Part shown: positions 38,522-48,006 of the stretch, piece after piece | Numbering within the stretch: position 1 is the first letter of the stretch | Layout: each line of letters opens with the position of its first letter | NCBI GenBank assembly: GCA_016840485.1 | Contig: JAEOSG010000001.1 | Coordinates: 11,178-75,177 of the forward strand | DNA: 64,000 bases | Direction: 5' to 3' | From: Candidatus Baldrarchaeota archaeon | GTDB taxonomy: Archaea; Asgardarchaeota; Baldrarchaeia; Baldrarchaeales; DXJG01 | Made by a program: the position numbers and the translations under genes | The notes under the pieces: model-generated | What the model was told of the DNA's origin: nothing | What the model saw: only the letters and a program-made list of their open reading frames with translations | Database searches by the model: none

Positions 38522-39793
38522 ATGAAGATTCTCCTACTATACCCGCCATACACCAGCCACATAGAGGAAGAAAAGAAAGGATACTTCCCACCATTGGGAT
38601 TAGCATACATTGCAGCCATTTTAAGAAGCCATAACCATTCAGTTAGAATAATAGATATGAATGTAGAGACAAAGAATCTAGAAGAGCTGGAAAAAATTTG
38701 TGAAAAAGAGCAACCTGACATTGTCGGAATAAGCTCAACAACAATAACCTACAACACTTGCATAAACATTTTAAAACGTATCAAAAATGTAATTCCTTCT
38801 GCGATAAGGATCGTAGGAGGGCCTCATGCCAGTATATTGCCTCAAGAGTTTGTAGATTATTCTGATTTTGTTGTTGTCGGTGAAGGAGAGTACACAATGC
38901 TAGAACTAGTTAAAACATTAGAAAACGGCGAAAATCCTTCAAACATTGAGGGACTAGTATTTAAGAAAGACGGAAAAACTGTTGAGACGGGTCCTAGACC
39001 TTTAATAACGGGTCTTGATAATTTGCCGTTTCCAGCTAGAGATCTCCTACCTATGGAAGCTTATAATGATAACAAAGGAGCAATTCTTACTAGTAGAGGT
39101 TGCCCATTCAACTGCATTTTCTGCAACTCCCATTTAATATTTGGTAAAAAGTTTAGAGCTAGAAGCCCTAAAAACGTTGTAGACGAAATAGAACACCTAG
39201 TCAAAAAATATAACGTCCAGGTAATTCGCATCTTAGATGATATGTTCACATTAAATCGAAAAAGAGTTATAGAAATCTGCGATGAAATTCTTAATCGAGG
39301 TCTTAACATTGGATGGGAGTTAACAAACGGAACCAGAGTAGACAAAGTCGACAAAGAACTTCTAGAAAAAATGCATGAAGCAGGCTGCTATAGAATCTAC
39401 TACGGCATAGAATCCGGCTCCAAAAAAGTTCTAAAAATGTTAAGAAAGGACATCAAACTCGACCAAGTTAGACGAGTCGTCAAATGGACTAAAGAAATTG
39501 GCATCGAAGTCGGCGGCTTTTTCATGATAGGCGGACCTGGAGAAACAATAGAAACATTAAAAGAAACTGAAAAGTTCATCGAAGAGTTAAACTTGGATTA
39601 TGTTCATCTTAGTATTGCAACGCCTTATCCTAGAACCGATTTCTGGAACTGGGTTCTTAAAAACGGCAGATTTGTTACAAACGACTACAGCAAATTCGAA
39701 AAAGAATTCGTCTTTGAAACCCCCGACTTTCCTTGGGAGCAGAGAATGAAAATATTCGAATATCTACACGAAAAATATTGCTTCAATGAGTAG
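38522..39793 (+). CDS. B12-binding-domain radical SAM protein (class B)
   Basis: N-terminal cobalamin-binding-like fold (ILLLYPP...PPLGLAYIAAIL) and radical-SAM motif SRGCPFNCIFC. Confidence 0.8.
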   Translation: MKILLLYPPYTSHIEEEKKGYFPPLGLAYIAAILRSHNHSVRIIDMNVETKNLEELEKICEKEQPDIVGISSTTITYNTCINILKRIKNVIPSAIRIVGGPHASILPQEFVDYSDFVVVGEGEYTMLELVKTLENGENPSNIEGLVFKKDGKTVETGPRPLITGLDNLPFPARDLLPMEAYNDNKGAILTSRGCPFNCIFCNSHLIFGKKFRARSPKNVVDEIEHLVKKYNVQVIRILDDMFTLNRKRVIEICDEILNRGLNIGWELTNGTRVDKVDKELLEKMHEAGCYRIYYGIESGSKKVLKMLRKDIKLDQVRRVVKWTKEIGIEVGGFFMIGGPGETIETLKETEKFIEELNLDYVHLSIATPYPRTDFWNWVLKNGRFVTNDYSKFEKEFVFETPDFPWEQRMKIFEYLHEKYCFNE

Positions 39794-39826
39794 ATGAAAG
39801 AATACAGTTATTCAAAGTGGGGTACA

Positions 39827-40333
39827 TCAATAATTTTTACGTGATTGATGCATTTTCAGCCGGACTATTAAATATTGAATCATTGCTGTAACTATACTTA
39901 CTGCCACTAAGCCAATAGATGTTTGAAGCAGATCCTTCTCTAAGCCATATAACATAATATAAATCTCCCCGTACACAGGTTGGCCTAAACTCCTTACCAT
40001 GATTTTATAAAAGCCTCTTACTGGAATTTGAATATCGTACACTTTCCGCGTAACGTTTTCGTCACGTAAAATTATCCGCTTTATATCGTTCGTACGGATA
40101 TCAACAAGGTAGATGTATAGAGTGACCCTATTATCGACAAGAATTTCCATTCTTAACTTTCTAGGAGGAAACTTGCATAACCGAACATCCTCAGGTTTAA
40201 CTTCTGGGTCTAAGTAAATGTTGAATGTTCCAACGGTGTTAGGTTCCATACCCCTTAAATACGCAACGAAGCTTAAGGAAATCCCAAGTATCATAAGGAA
40301 AACAGTAAGTCTATACAAATTCATTGTTACCAC
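39827..40333 (-). CDS. bitopic/double-anchored membrane protein with beta-rich external domain
   Basis: TM helices at both ends. Last gene of the ABC operon. Confidence 0.4.
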   Translation of the reverse strand: MVTMNLYRLTVFLMILGISLSFVAYLRGMEPNTVGTFNIYLDPEVKPEDVRLCKFPPRKLRMEILVDNRVTLYIYLVDIRTNDIKRIILRDENVTRKVYDIQIPVRGFYKIMVRSLGQPVYGEIYIMLYGLEKDLLQTSIGLVAVSIVTAMIQYLIVRLKMHQSRKNY

Positions 40334-40335
40334 CT

Positions 40336-41187
40336 TTAATCCAGTTGCAACCTCCTTAAATAAATAATTGAAACTATAATTAAAAAAACTGAAACAAAAA
40401 CCCTATAAAACAATGCGCACAAAAACATATTCAAATCAACTGTAATTTGAAAATAGATTTCCCCAATTACAGTTCTAAACTCTCGTAAGTCAAAAAGAAA
40501 CCTCATTATAATATCGACTCCGAGAAAGTTAAAGCAAAGAACATAAGGAGATTTTGCGTAGTCCAGTAATCTTCTCAATCCCTCATGTAAGGCTATAATC
40601 CCTAGAACTGGTAAAACTGAATTCTTTGATACTAACGAAATAATTAATGCTACTGAACAAACGAAAAAAAGCTGTAGTAGCAAGGTAAGAAGAGCTAAGC
40701 ATATCAAATTTCCATACATAGCTCCATACCCCATGAAAACAGTCATATCTATAACTACTAGAGTAGCAGATATGGCGTAGAGAACTAAAATATTTGCAAA
40801 AAACTTCGATAAGATAATTTCATGTCTCTTTACCGGATTCGTTAAAAAAGTAATTATTCTTCTAGTCTCAAAGTCTCTTGTGACATTTAATCCAAAAATC
40901 GCTCCAACCACAATCGCCATAATACCTGTCGTTGAAGTTATAAGATGTATAAGAGCAGTTGTAAATCTCTGTTTCAACTCCAACTCAAGTTTTCCATAGA
41001 AGACACATCCATGCATAGTTTCCGAAATTGGAGGAATCAACATACAAATAACAAAAACTGACACAAGAATTTCAACTACTGGAAATCTAAAATTTTCCTC
41101 AAGGATCCACCTCAAAAGAACTCTAAACCTCTTAATCGCTTCTCTCCACTCCGATGACATTTCTATAAACCTCCTCGAGCACTCCAT
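40336..41187 (-). CDS. ABC-2-like transporter permease
   Basis: About 6 hydrophobic helices. Follows and overlaps the ATPase gene. The start may be the internal Met at 41160. Confidence 0.5.
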   Translation of the reverse strand: MECSRRFIEMSSEWREAIKRFRVLLRWILEENFRFPVVEILVSVFVICMLIPPISETMHGCVFYGKLELELKQRFTTALIHLITSTTGIMAIVVGAIFGLNVTRDFETRRIITFLTNPVKRHEIILSKFFANILVLYAISATLVVIDMTVFMGYGAMYGNLICLALLTLLLQLFFVCSVALIISLVSKNSVLPVLGIIALHEGLRRLLDYAKSPYVLCFNFLGVDIIMRFLFDLREFRTVIGEIYFQITVDLNMFLCALFYRVFVSVFLIIVSIIYLRRLQLD

Positions 41188-42051
41188 ATACAGGTTGAAA
41201 CCTTATTAATGAAAGCTTTAAGCTAGAAATTATGTTAGGAATTTCCTTACAAAACTTTTCTACATTTTTAACCTTGCAGTGAACTTTATTACCCTTAACT
41301 AACATATTTTCAACAAAGTCTAAATTATTTAATCTAAACACCAACATTTTCGGGTCAGAAACCTCTATCTCATACGTGTGTGGTTTATATTTCTTAAATA
41401 ATTCATTCAATGGTCCTTGTTCAACTATTTTTCCATCTCTTATAATTGAAACCCAATCACATATTCTTTCAAGTTCTGGCAGTATATGAGTTGATATAAG
41501 AAAACTTATGCCCTTATCTTCATGCAGTTCCTTTATTTTTTCGAGCAGTTCCATCCTACCAGCTGGATCCAAATTAGCAGTTGGTTCATCTAAAATCACC
41601 AACTCTGGTTCACCTATCAGTGCTCTGGCCAGTCCAAGTCTTTGCAACATTCCAGCTGAATATCCGCCTATTTTTCTATCTTTAGCCCAATATAATCCCA
41701 CATCCCTTAATATCTCCTTAACTTCAAGTTCAGGTCGACTTACATCACGAAGACGAGCAACAAATTCAATATATCTTTCTCCAGTAAAATTTCTAGGGTA
41801 AACTGGGTCCTCTAATAAAACGCCAACTTTACGTTTAATTTCAAAGGATTGACTCCAACAGTCCATACCAAACACATACGCCTCGCCACTGTCAGCCTTC
41901 AGCAATCCTAAAAGGACATGAATAGTAGTTGTTTTCCCAGCCCGTTAGGGCCAATCAAGCCAGAAATACCACGAGGAATTCTCAAATTCAAGCCATCAAG
42001 TGCAAACAACCTACCAAAAAGCTTAACCAAATCCACAGTTTCAATAATCAC
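41132..42051 (-). pseudogene. ABC transporter ATP-binding protein, frame broken inside the Walker A codons
   Basis: Upstream frame reads VIIETVDLVKLFG...GLIGPNG. The downstream frame has the signature YSAGMLQRL and Walker B LVILDEPT. The shift is at the C3 run 41941-41943. Confidence 0.8.
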
Positions 42052-42142
42052 GAAAACCCCCAATTTTTATTAAAACAAAATGTATATATATTTTGAATGC
42101 TACACACTAATTGTAAGGGTGGTTTGAGGGGGAATAAGCTTA

Positions 42143-42673
42143 ATGATAGATACAAGAGAGTTACTTATATCAGTGTGTCTAACTCTATGGTTTTTCGGAA
42201 TCTTAGCTTTTGCAATACCCTATATCCACGCACAGGACATCCGCTATGACTACGACGAGGGAACCGATGAAGTTGTACAAAGAGTAACTTTTCTCACGTA
42301 CCGTGCAACTCTCAATGCATGGGTTAAAGGACACTGGCAATATGGGTACAACTATTACATATTTTCGTATCATGGTGCCTCAAGGGAGTACACATATAAT
42401 GGATTAATAGGAACTGGCTTTAAACCGATTAGTCCGCTTTATCTATGGGGAAGAGCTCTTAAAGATCCCGACCAATCGATAGTGAAAGTTCAAGACTGGA
42501 ATACAACAAGCGATTCTATCGAAAAGAGACTTCCAGAGGATATAGAAGAATATTATCAAGCTGATTGGGCACAAACCAGCGCTAAAACAAGATTTGTTTT
42601 TTACCAAGTATGGGACATTAAGTATACGGTTTGGCTTGAGGTACCCTACGATTCTGCTTCCGTGCACAGATAA
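42143..42673 (+). CDS. secreted/anchored hypothetical protein, aromatic-rich
   Basis: N-terminal hydrophobic signal/anchor LISVCLTLWFFGILAFAIPYIHA. Confidence 0.4.
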   Translation: MIDTRELLISVCLTLWFFGILAFAIPYIHAQDIRYDYDEGTDEVVQRVTFLTYRATLNAWVKGHWQYGYNYYIFSYHGASREYTYNGLIGTGFKPISPLYLWGRALKDPDQSIVKVQDWNTTSDSIEKRLPEDIEEYYQADWAQTSAKTRFVFYQVWDIKYTVWLEVPYDSASVHR

Positions 42674-42688
42674 GATGGGGTAAATGAA

Positions 42689-43612
42689 ATGTCGGTATAC
42701 AATAAATCATTTTTTTCTTTTTCCTTGTTATTTTTAATGTTGATGTTTTCATTTGCATCATTGTTGTTGATTTTTTCATTAACTGTATTTAAACCTCCAG
42801 TGTGGCTTGAAGTCGGGTCTTTTATGGAATTTAGAGTCAAACCAGAATACATCACATTTACTAATTTATCATATATTGATTTTGAATCAGAAGCTACACT
42901 TATCTATCGTTGGCAATGCATAGACATTGAAGATAATATCGCAGTACTTAATGTTACCTTAAGAATAATAGAAAAAGGTAAAGGTGTTATATTCAGCAAA
43001 TGTATACGCATAAACGTTAATTTATATACAAACGCAATCACGACTCAGGATGGGACATTTGTTGGAACTTTACGATTCTGGCTTCCCCCACGTCTTAGGG
43101 AAGAAACCATTATAGAAATGCCGATTAATTCGAGTTTCTGGTTTGAAAACTACAGCGTAGATTCCTTTAAAGGTGAGGTTAAATCAATAGAGGTAGGTTC
43201 TACACCTCAAGGAAGACAGAAAGTTGCGCTTATTTCATGGGAAATCCATTATAATAAGAGTATTGGAAGAAATAGAACAATAATTAAAGGGCTTTGGGAT
43301 CCTTTCGAGATATACGATTGGGATACTGGCCTTCTAATAACATTTCCTACAAATGATATTTCTCTTCTTTTGCTTGGTGTGGCTAATGTCTATGTGGTTT
43401 TATTGGGCCCGCCCAATATATATGCAACTAATATAGATTTTGGTCCAGCATTATCTTCTCCGTGGGAATTTCTTATTCCTTTTATATTTTTGACTACTTT
43501 TGCGGTTGTATGTTTTGTGATATATCGACAAAGAACAAAAAGGAAACTTTTACGAAGAAGAAGGTTAAGAACTAAGCTTTCTCCACCAGATATTCGTACT
43601 GGAAGAAGTTAA
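42689..43612 (+). CDS. extracellular protein with N-terminal signal anchor, C-terminal TM helix and Arg-rich tail
   Basis: FFSFSLLFLMLMFSFASLLLIF at the N-terminus. The C-terminus is FLIPFIFLTTFAVVCFVIY followed by RQRTKRKLLRRRRLR. Several NxS/T sites. Confidence 0.4.
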   Translation: MSVYNKSFFSFSLLFLMLMFSFASLLLIFSLTVFKPPVWLEVGSFMEFRVKPEYITFTNLSYIDFESEATLIYRWQCIDIEDNIAVLNVTLRIIEKGKGVIFSKCIRINVNLYTNAITTQDGTFVGTLRFWLPPRLREETIIEMPINSSFWFENYSVDSFKGEVKSIEVGSTPQGRQKVALISWEIHYNKSIGRNRTIIKGLWDPFEIYDWDTGLLITFPTNDISLLLLGVANVYVVLLGPPNIYATNIDFGPALSSPWEFLIPFIFLTTFAVVCFVIYRQRTKRKLLRRRRLRTKLSPPDIRTGRS

Positions 43613-43842
43613 TTTTGTATATAAAGAGGTGTTTGAACTTAAAATGTGCATGTTATCTTACAGAATTAAAACTTGTACAGGTATGTTTATACTTTAAAAG
43701 AGGTTAATTTTCACTATGAATTACAGCGGATGTGGTGATTACCGAGTAAATGGGGCTTTGTCATCCCAACTACGGAATCATTGAATGCCTTGAGCCAGGA
43801 TTAATTCCTAGTTAGTATTTAAATGAGCGGTGGCATACTGTC

Positions 43843-44694
43843 TTAAAATTTGTGGACTGTTCCCGTCTTCTTTATTTTTTCCTCGCTTTTTAAGTATATG
43901 AGGTATCCAAGTGTTAGGTATATAATGTCTAGTATTGCCAGCATAGCTATTTTTTGCCATATCCACATTTGCCCTGGACCATAGAGTAGAAATCCTCGAA
44001 AACTTTCTACTCCGTATGTTATAGGTGAGATTTTAGCTATTGCTTGAAGAAACACTGGTAATATTGCGATTGGGTATGCTGTTGGTGTTACAACCCAGAA
44101 AACTGTGTCTACTACATCTATAACCATCCAACCCTGTTTTACCATGAGAACAATGCTACATATCATAAATCCTACGCCTTGAATAGCTAAAATTGTCAAA
44201 GCAACCGATATCAGGGAGGGAAGGATCCCCCAAAGGTTTAAATGTATACCAAAAACAATTACCATGGCCACTAGTTGAAGTACCAACCCTGAGCCCGTGT
44301 GAGTAATGCTATGTAACCCTTGACCAAAAATTATTGAAAATCTCGATATTGGTGTTACCAAGACGGATTCAAGTGTTCCTATCCACTGTTCTCTCCTTAA
44401 ACTCATAGCTGTACCCCATAAAGCTGCACTAGCAAAACCGAGAAAGGCAAATCCAAGTACTGTATAAGTTACAATGTCCCCTATTCCGGTTAACTTCTCT
44501 AAAAACGGGCTGTACCTCCCACCTACAACCGCAAAACCAAAAATTATGAAAGGCAATAGCCACATAATCGGCGCAAAAATGAAATACATAACACTAAGCG
44601 GATAAGAAAGTTCATCCTTCCAAACTTTGACGCAAATTGCCCATATTGCCCTTAACTCCTTCCAAAGATCATATATCTTTGCTTTAAACCCCAT
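43843..44694 (-). CDS. ABC-2 type transporter permease
   Basis: Six-helix hydrophobic profile. Paralogous to the upstream permease (shared REQWIGTLESVLVTPISR / WEQMSGTLESLLVTPISR). Confidence 0.7.
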   Translation of the reverse strand: MGFKAKIYDLWKELRAIWAICVKVWKDELSYPLSVMYFIFAPIMWLLPFIIFGFAVVGGRYSPFLEKLTGIGDIVTYTVLGFAFLGFASAALWGTAMSLRREQWIGTLESVLVTPISRFSIIFGQGLHSITHTGSGLVLQLVAMVIVFGIHLNLWGILPSLISVALTILAIQGVGFMICSIVLMVKQGWMVIDVVDTVFWVVTPTAYPIAILPVFLQAIAKISPITYGVESFRGFLLYGPGQMWIWQKIAMLAILDIIYLTLGYLIYLKSEEKIKKTGTVHKF

Positions 44695-44706
44695 TTACAA
44701 GCCCCC

Positions 44707-45612
44707 TTAGTATTTTCCAACTCCCCCAGCCCTTTTAGTTCTGTACTCAGCGTACGCAAAGGTTAGATAACCAAACATCCATAAACACAACGTAAAAACA
44801 CATAAAATTGCTATGACGTCCATTACTGCCTGGATGCTCTTATTTAGTAGTATTATAGCTCTTATGGCTGTAAATGCGTAAGTTGCAGGTATCAATAGGC
44901 TTATAATTCGTGCAGCATAGGGAAGTTTAGATATAGGGTACCTAACTGGGATTACCACGTAAAATAATGTGTCTAAAAATTGAGTTAGGGCATCTGGGTC
45001 TTTAAAGACCATTACTACACCAGCCATGGCCATTGCAAACCCATAGAATGCTAAAAGCATTAAGGTAAGCAGTATAATGAAGGGTAAAACATGTGAAAGA
45101 GCAAAGGGTATGCCGAAAATTAATAGAAGCACTATGAGTTGCACTGTCGCGGTAAGAGTTGTAGTAGCTGTTTCAGCTAATGCAGTTCCTATTAAGATGT
45201 CCACTCGAGATATTGGTGTTACCAAGAGGCTTTCAAGAGTTCCAGACATCTGTTCCCATCGTAAAGCGTTCCCTATACCCCACAGGGCGCTCATTACATA
45301 CATGTAGAGAACGCTTCCAAGAACCATATAACTTAACCAGTCAGGCGTTCCTGTAGCGGATGCAAACTTCGTACTCGTAGTTCCACCTGTTAGAGCTATT
45401 CCTTGAAATATTGCTGGCATTATCCAACCTATTGGAACAAGCGCCCAATATAATATGTTAAAAGGATATCTAAGAGAAATTTTCAAGCTTTTCCACGCTA
45501 TGTTCATGGCAACGCTTAAACTCGGCTTTTCATCCGAAAGAACATATCTAAACTGAACTTTGCTCCTCATCCTTAAGCCTCCTCCCAGTGTATTTAATAA
45601 AAACGTCTTCAA
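44707..45612 (-). CDS. ABC-2 type transporter permease
   Basis: See the paralog. The start is probably the internal Met at 45570 or 45507. Confidence 0.7.
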   Translation of the reverse strand: MKTFLLNTLGGGLRMRSKVQFRYVLSDEKPSLSVAMNIAWKSLKISLRYPFNILYWALVPIGWIMPAIFQGIALTGGTTSTKFASATGTPDWLSYMVLGSVLYMYVMSALWGIGNALRWEQMSGTLESLLVTPISRVDILIGTALAETATTTLTATVQLIVLLLIFGIPFALSHVLPFIILLTLMLLAFYGFAMAMAGVVMVFKDPDALTQFLDTLFYVVIPVRYPISKLPYAARIISLLIPATYAFTAIRAIILLNKSIQAVMDVIAILCVFTLCLWMFGYLTFAYAEYRTKRAGGVGKY

Positions 45613-46561
45613 GCGTTGGCTCCTCGACTTTAAGACTAACTACTCGTACTTTAACATTATTAAGAACGTTTAAAACTTCCCTAGCAGCTTCAACACTGTT
45701 TTTCGTGTAAATCTTAATTTCATATTTCCCATTGCTTAAGCTAGTTACCACCTGTTCAATGTATGACATCGCCTCTAGTTCTTTTGTTGGCGGTTCATCA
45801 AGTGTTTCTAACACTAAAACATTCCGTGTACTAATTTCTCGTTTCAATTCCTCTGGCGTACCAATGCGAATTATTTCCCCTCTGTCTATGAGAGCTATGC
45901 GGTCACAAAGCATATCTGCTTCTTCCATGTAATGCGTGGTTAAAAAGATCGTTTTCCCTTCCTTTTCGTTAAGTTCTTCTTTTATGAACTTCCTTATCTC
46001 TCTAGCAAAATTTGGATCCAACCCTAGGGTAGGTTCATCTAGCAATAGGATTGGTGGATCATGAATAAGCGCTTTCGCAAGAATAACCTTCATCTTCATG
46101 CCTGAAGAATAATCCTCTACCTTATCATCGGCTCTCTCTTTAAGATCCATTAGTTCTAAAAGCTCATTTACCCTTTTTTCAGCGGCTTTCTTATCAAGTT
46201 TGTATAGCTTTGCGAAAAAGAGAAGGTTTTCTCTAGCTGTTAGTTTCCAATATATGCTTCTTTCACCACCGGTCATCAAGCCTATCCTAGACCTAACTTT
46301 CCCTGCTTCCCTAATAACATCATAACCGTCTACATAGGCTTCTCCTTCGTCAGGAAGTATTAAAGTTGAAAGTATCTTAATTAATGTGGTTTTTCCAGCT
46401 CCATTGGGGCCTAGAAGACCGAATATTTCACCTCTCTTCACACGTAAATTAACATGATTTAAAGCTACAACCTCCTTTTTCTCCTTCGGTAGAATGTAAA
46501 ATTTTCTCTTTCTTTCAACAAACTTTTTATAGAGATTTATAATCTCTATAGAAAAGTTCAT
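45548..46561 (-). CDS. ABC transporter ATP-binding protein (DrrA/ABC-2 exporter type)
   Basis: Walker A GPNGAGKTT, signature YSSGMKMK, Walker B ILLLDEPT. Confidence 0.85.
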   Translation of the reverse strand: MNFSIEIINLYKKFVERKRKFYILPKEKKEVVALNHVNLRVKRGEIFGLLGPNGAGKTTLIKILSTLILPDEGEAYVDGYDVIREAGKVRSRIGLMTGGERSIYWKLTARENLLFFAKLYKLDKKAAEKRVNELLELMDLKERADDKVEDYSSGMKMKVILAKALIHDPPILLLDEPTLGLDPNFAREIRKFIKEELNEKEGKTIFLTTHYMEEADMLCDRIALIDRGEIIRIGTPEELKREISTRNVLVLETLDEPPTKELEAMSYIEQVVTSLSNGKYEIKIYTKNSVEAAREVLNVLNNVKVRVVSLKVEEPTLEDVFIKYTGRRLKDEEQSSV

Positions 46562-47193
46562 TTAAAAGCCTCCCTTATCGTTTTTAAAACCTTAAAATGG
46601 ACTAATCAGATAGCAAAATCCAAGGGCGATCAGTAAAAAGCAGCTGCAAACATATTTGACACCCATTACATTAAATATTTAAGAGGCTTTTAAAAATTGT
46701 GGTAAATGGGTTTATAAACTGTTCTAAAGCAGTTTATCATAATGAGTAAGGTATTTTTAAAAGAAGAGGATTTTATTGTAGAGGACTGCGCGTTTTGGTG
46801 GGCTCGACTTATTTTGGCATTGCAATTTGAGGGGAGAGGGGAGGAGGGAATACCAAAAAGAGCTATATCGAGCCTCTCACCACGCACAGAGCTGTGCTTA
46901 CTACATGTTATCCCCTATAAATCTTTCTATTACCTTGAAAACACTCAACATAATAAATTGTAATGTCTCGAAAACGTGCTTTCTACATGATTTACAACAT
47001 GTTTCTTGTCATATTATTATTGCAGAGGCCTATTTTGGGTATAGGAGCGTGACTTGCTTTAATTGTCCTACTAGCATTTTCGGGTATTCTGTCGAGAAAA
47101 AATGTATTAAAGCTTATGAGGGGGCAGTTCTTGAGCGGTAAGAGAAGAGAAAATTAAATGGAATGCATGTGATTAAGGGAATGAAAAAACGAA

Positions 47194-47207
47194 TTAGGTT
47201 TACCTAA
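47194..47207. promoter_or_regulatory. DtxR/IdeR-type operator half-site palindrome
   Basis: TTAGGTTTACCTAA (arms TTAGGT/ACCTAA) lies ~75 nt upstream of the dtxR-like start. Confidence 0.6.
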
Positions 47208-47281
47208 ATCTTTAAATAGTTAACTTTGTTTTCAATATATGAAATTTAAATTTCAAATTTTGAAATATCGAGGGGACAACT

Positions 47282-48001
47282 TTGATTGGCAAGGATTTAG
47301 GAGAAAAAATCGAGGAATGCCTAGAGGTCCTATTTAGGTTAGAAAAGAACAATGAACGTGTAAAAACAACGGAATTAGCCGAAAAACTAGGTTTTCCACT
47401 TTCTTCAATGACTGTGTTACTTCAAAGACTTTCTAACATGGGTTTAGTTGATTATGAACCGTATAAGGGGGTCAGACTTACAGATAAAGGAAGAAAGGTA
47501 GCGATCAAAATTATTAGAAGACACAGATTGTCTGAAAGGTTCCTGACTGACATTCTCGGTCTTGACTGGTGTGAGGTTCATGAACACGCATGCAAACTTG
47601 AACATGCCATTACAGACAAGATCGAAGAAAAATTAGATGAAAAACTAGGCGGCCCAACTGTTTGCCCTCATGGTAACCCTATTCCAACCCCTAGTGGAGA
47701 AATAATTTTCGAAAAAGATATCCCTCTTTCAGAGTTGCAACCTGCAGAAGAAGCCATTATCACCAGGATCATAGATGAAAATCCGGCTTTACTTCGTCGA
47801 CTTATTGCAATTGGCATCTTGCCTGGTGTCAAAATTACGGTTAAAGAAAAGTCTCCACTTGGAGGGGCACTTGTTTTGAAAATAGGTGACTATGAGGTTG
47901 CGTTAGGTCACGATGTAGCTTCCAAAATATGTGTGAAAACAAGTATTGCTCCTCACAGACATAGACGTCGTATGCGACACGGAGCAAAAAGCCGCAAATA
48001 A
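47282..48001 (+). CDS. DtxR/MntR-family metal-dependent repressor with C-terminal FeoA/SH3-like domain
   Basis: wHTH TTELAEKLGFPLSSMTVLLQRLSNMGLV and metal-site region RRHRLSERFL...EVHEHACKLEH. C-terminal domain is ITRIIDENPALLRRLIAIGILPG. TTG start after GAGGGG. Confidence 0.85.
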   Translation: MIGKDLGEKIEECLEVLFRLEKNNERVKTTELAEKLGFPLSSMTVLLQRLSNMGLVDYEPYKGVRLTDKGRKVAIKIIRRHRLSERFLTDILGLDWCEVHEHACKLEHAITDKIEEKLDEKLGGPTVCPHGNPIPTPSGEIIFEKDIPLSELQPAEEAIITRIIDENPALLRRLIAIGILPGVKITVKEKSPLGGALVLKIGDYEVALGHDVASKICVKTSIAPHRHRRRMRHGAKSRK

Positions 48002-48006
48002 ATATA

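Noticed and set aside
38457-38721. N-terminal ~90-codon extension of the aminopeptidase ORF
   Set aside because: It overlaps the well-supported divergent radical-SAM gene and has a non-protein-like sequence. The family-typical N-terminus begins around NLQFQERSVLKK.
46831-46850. G-quadruplex in GAGGGGAGAGGGGAGGAGGG
   Set aside because: The third G-tract is only GG, so a canonical three-tetrad G4 cannot form. It is reported only as part of the structured purine-rich element.
46742-47141. Two overlapping plus-strand ORFs (73 and 104 aa) in the 720-bp gap
   Set aside because: They have no motifs, odd composition and mutual overlap. The region is better described as non-coding with a structured element.
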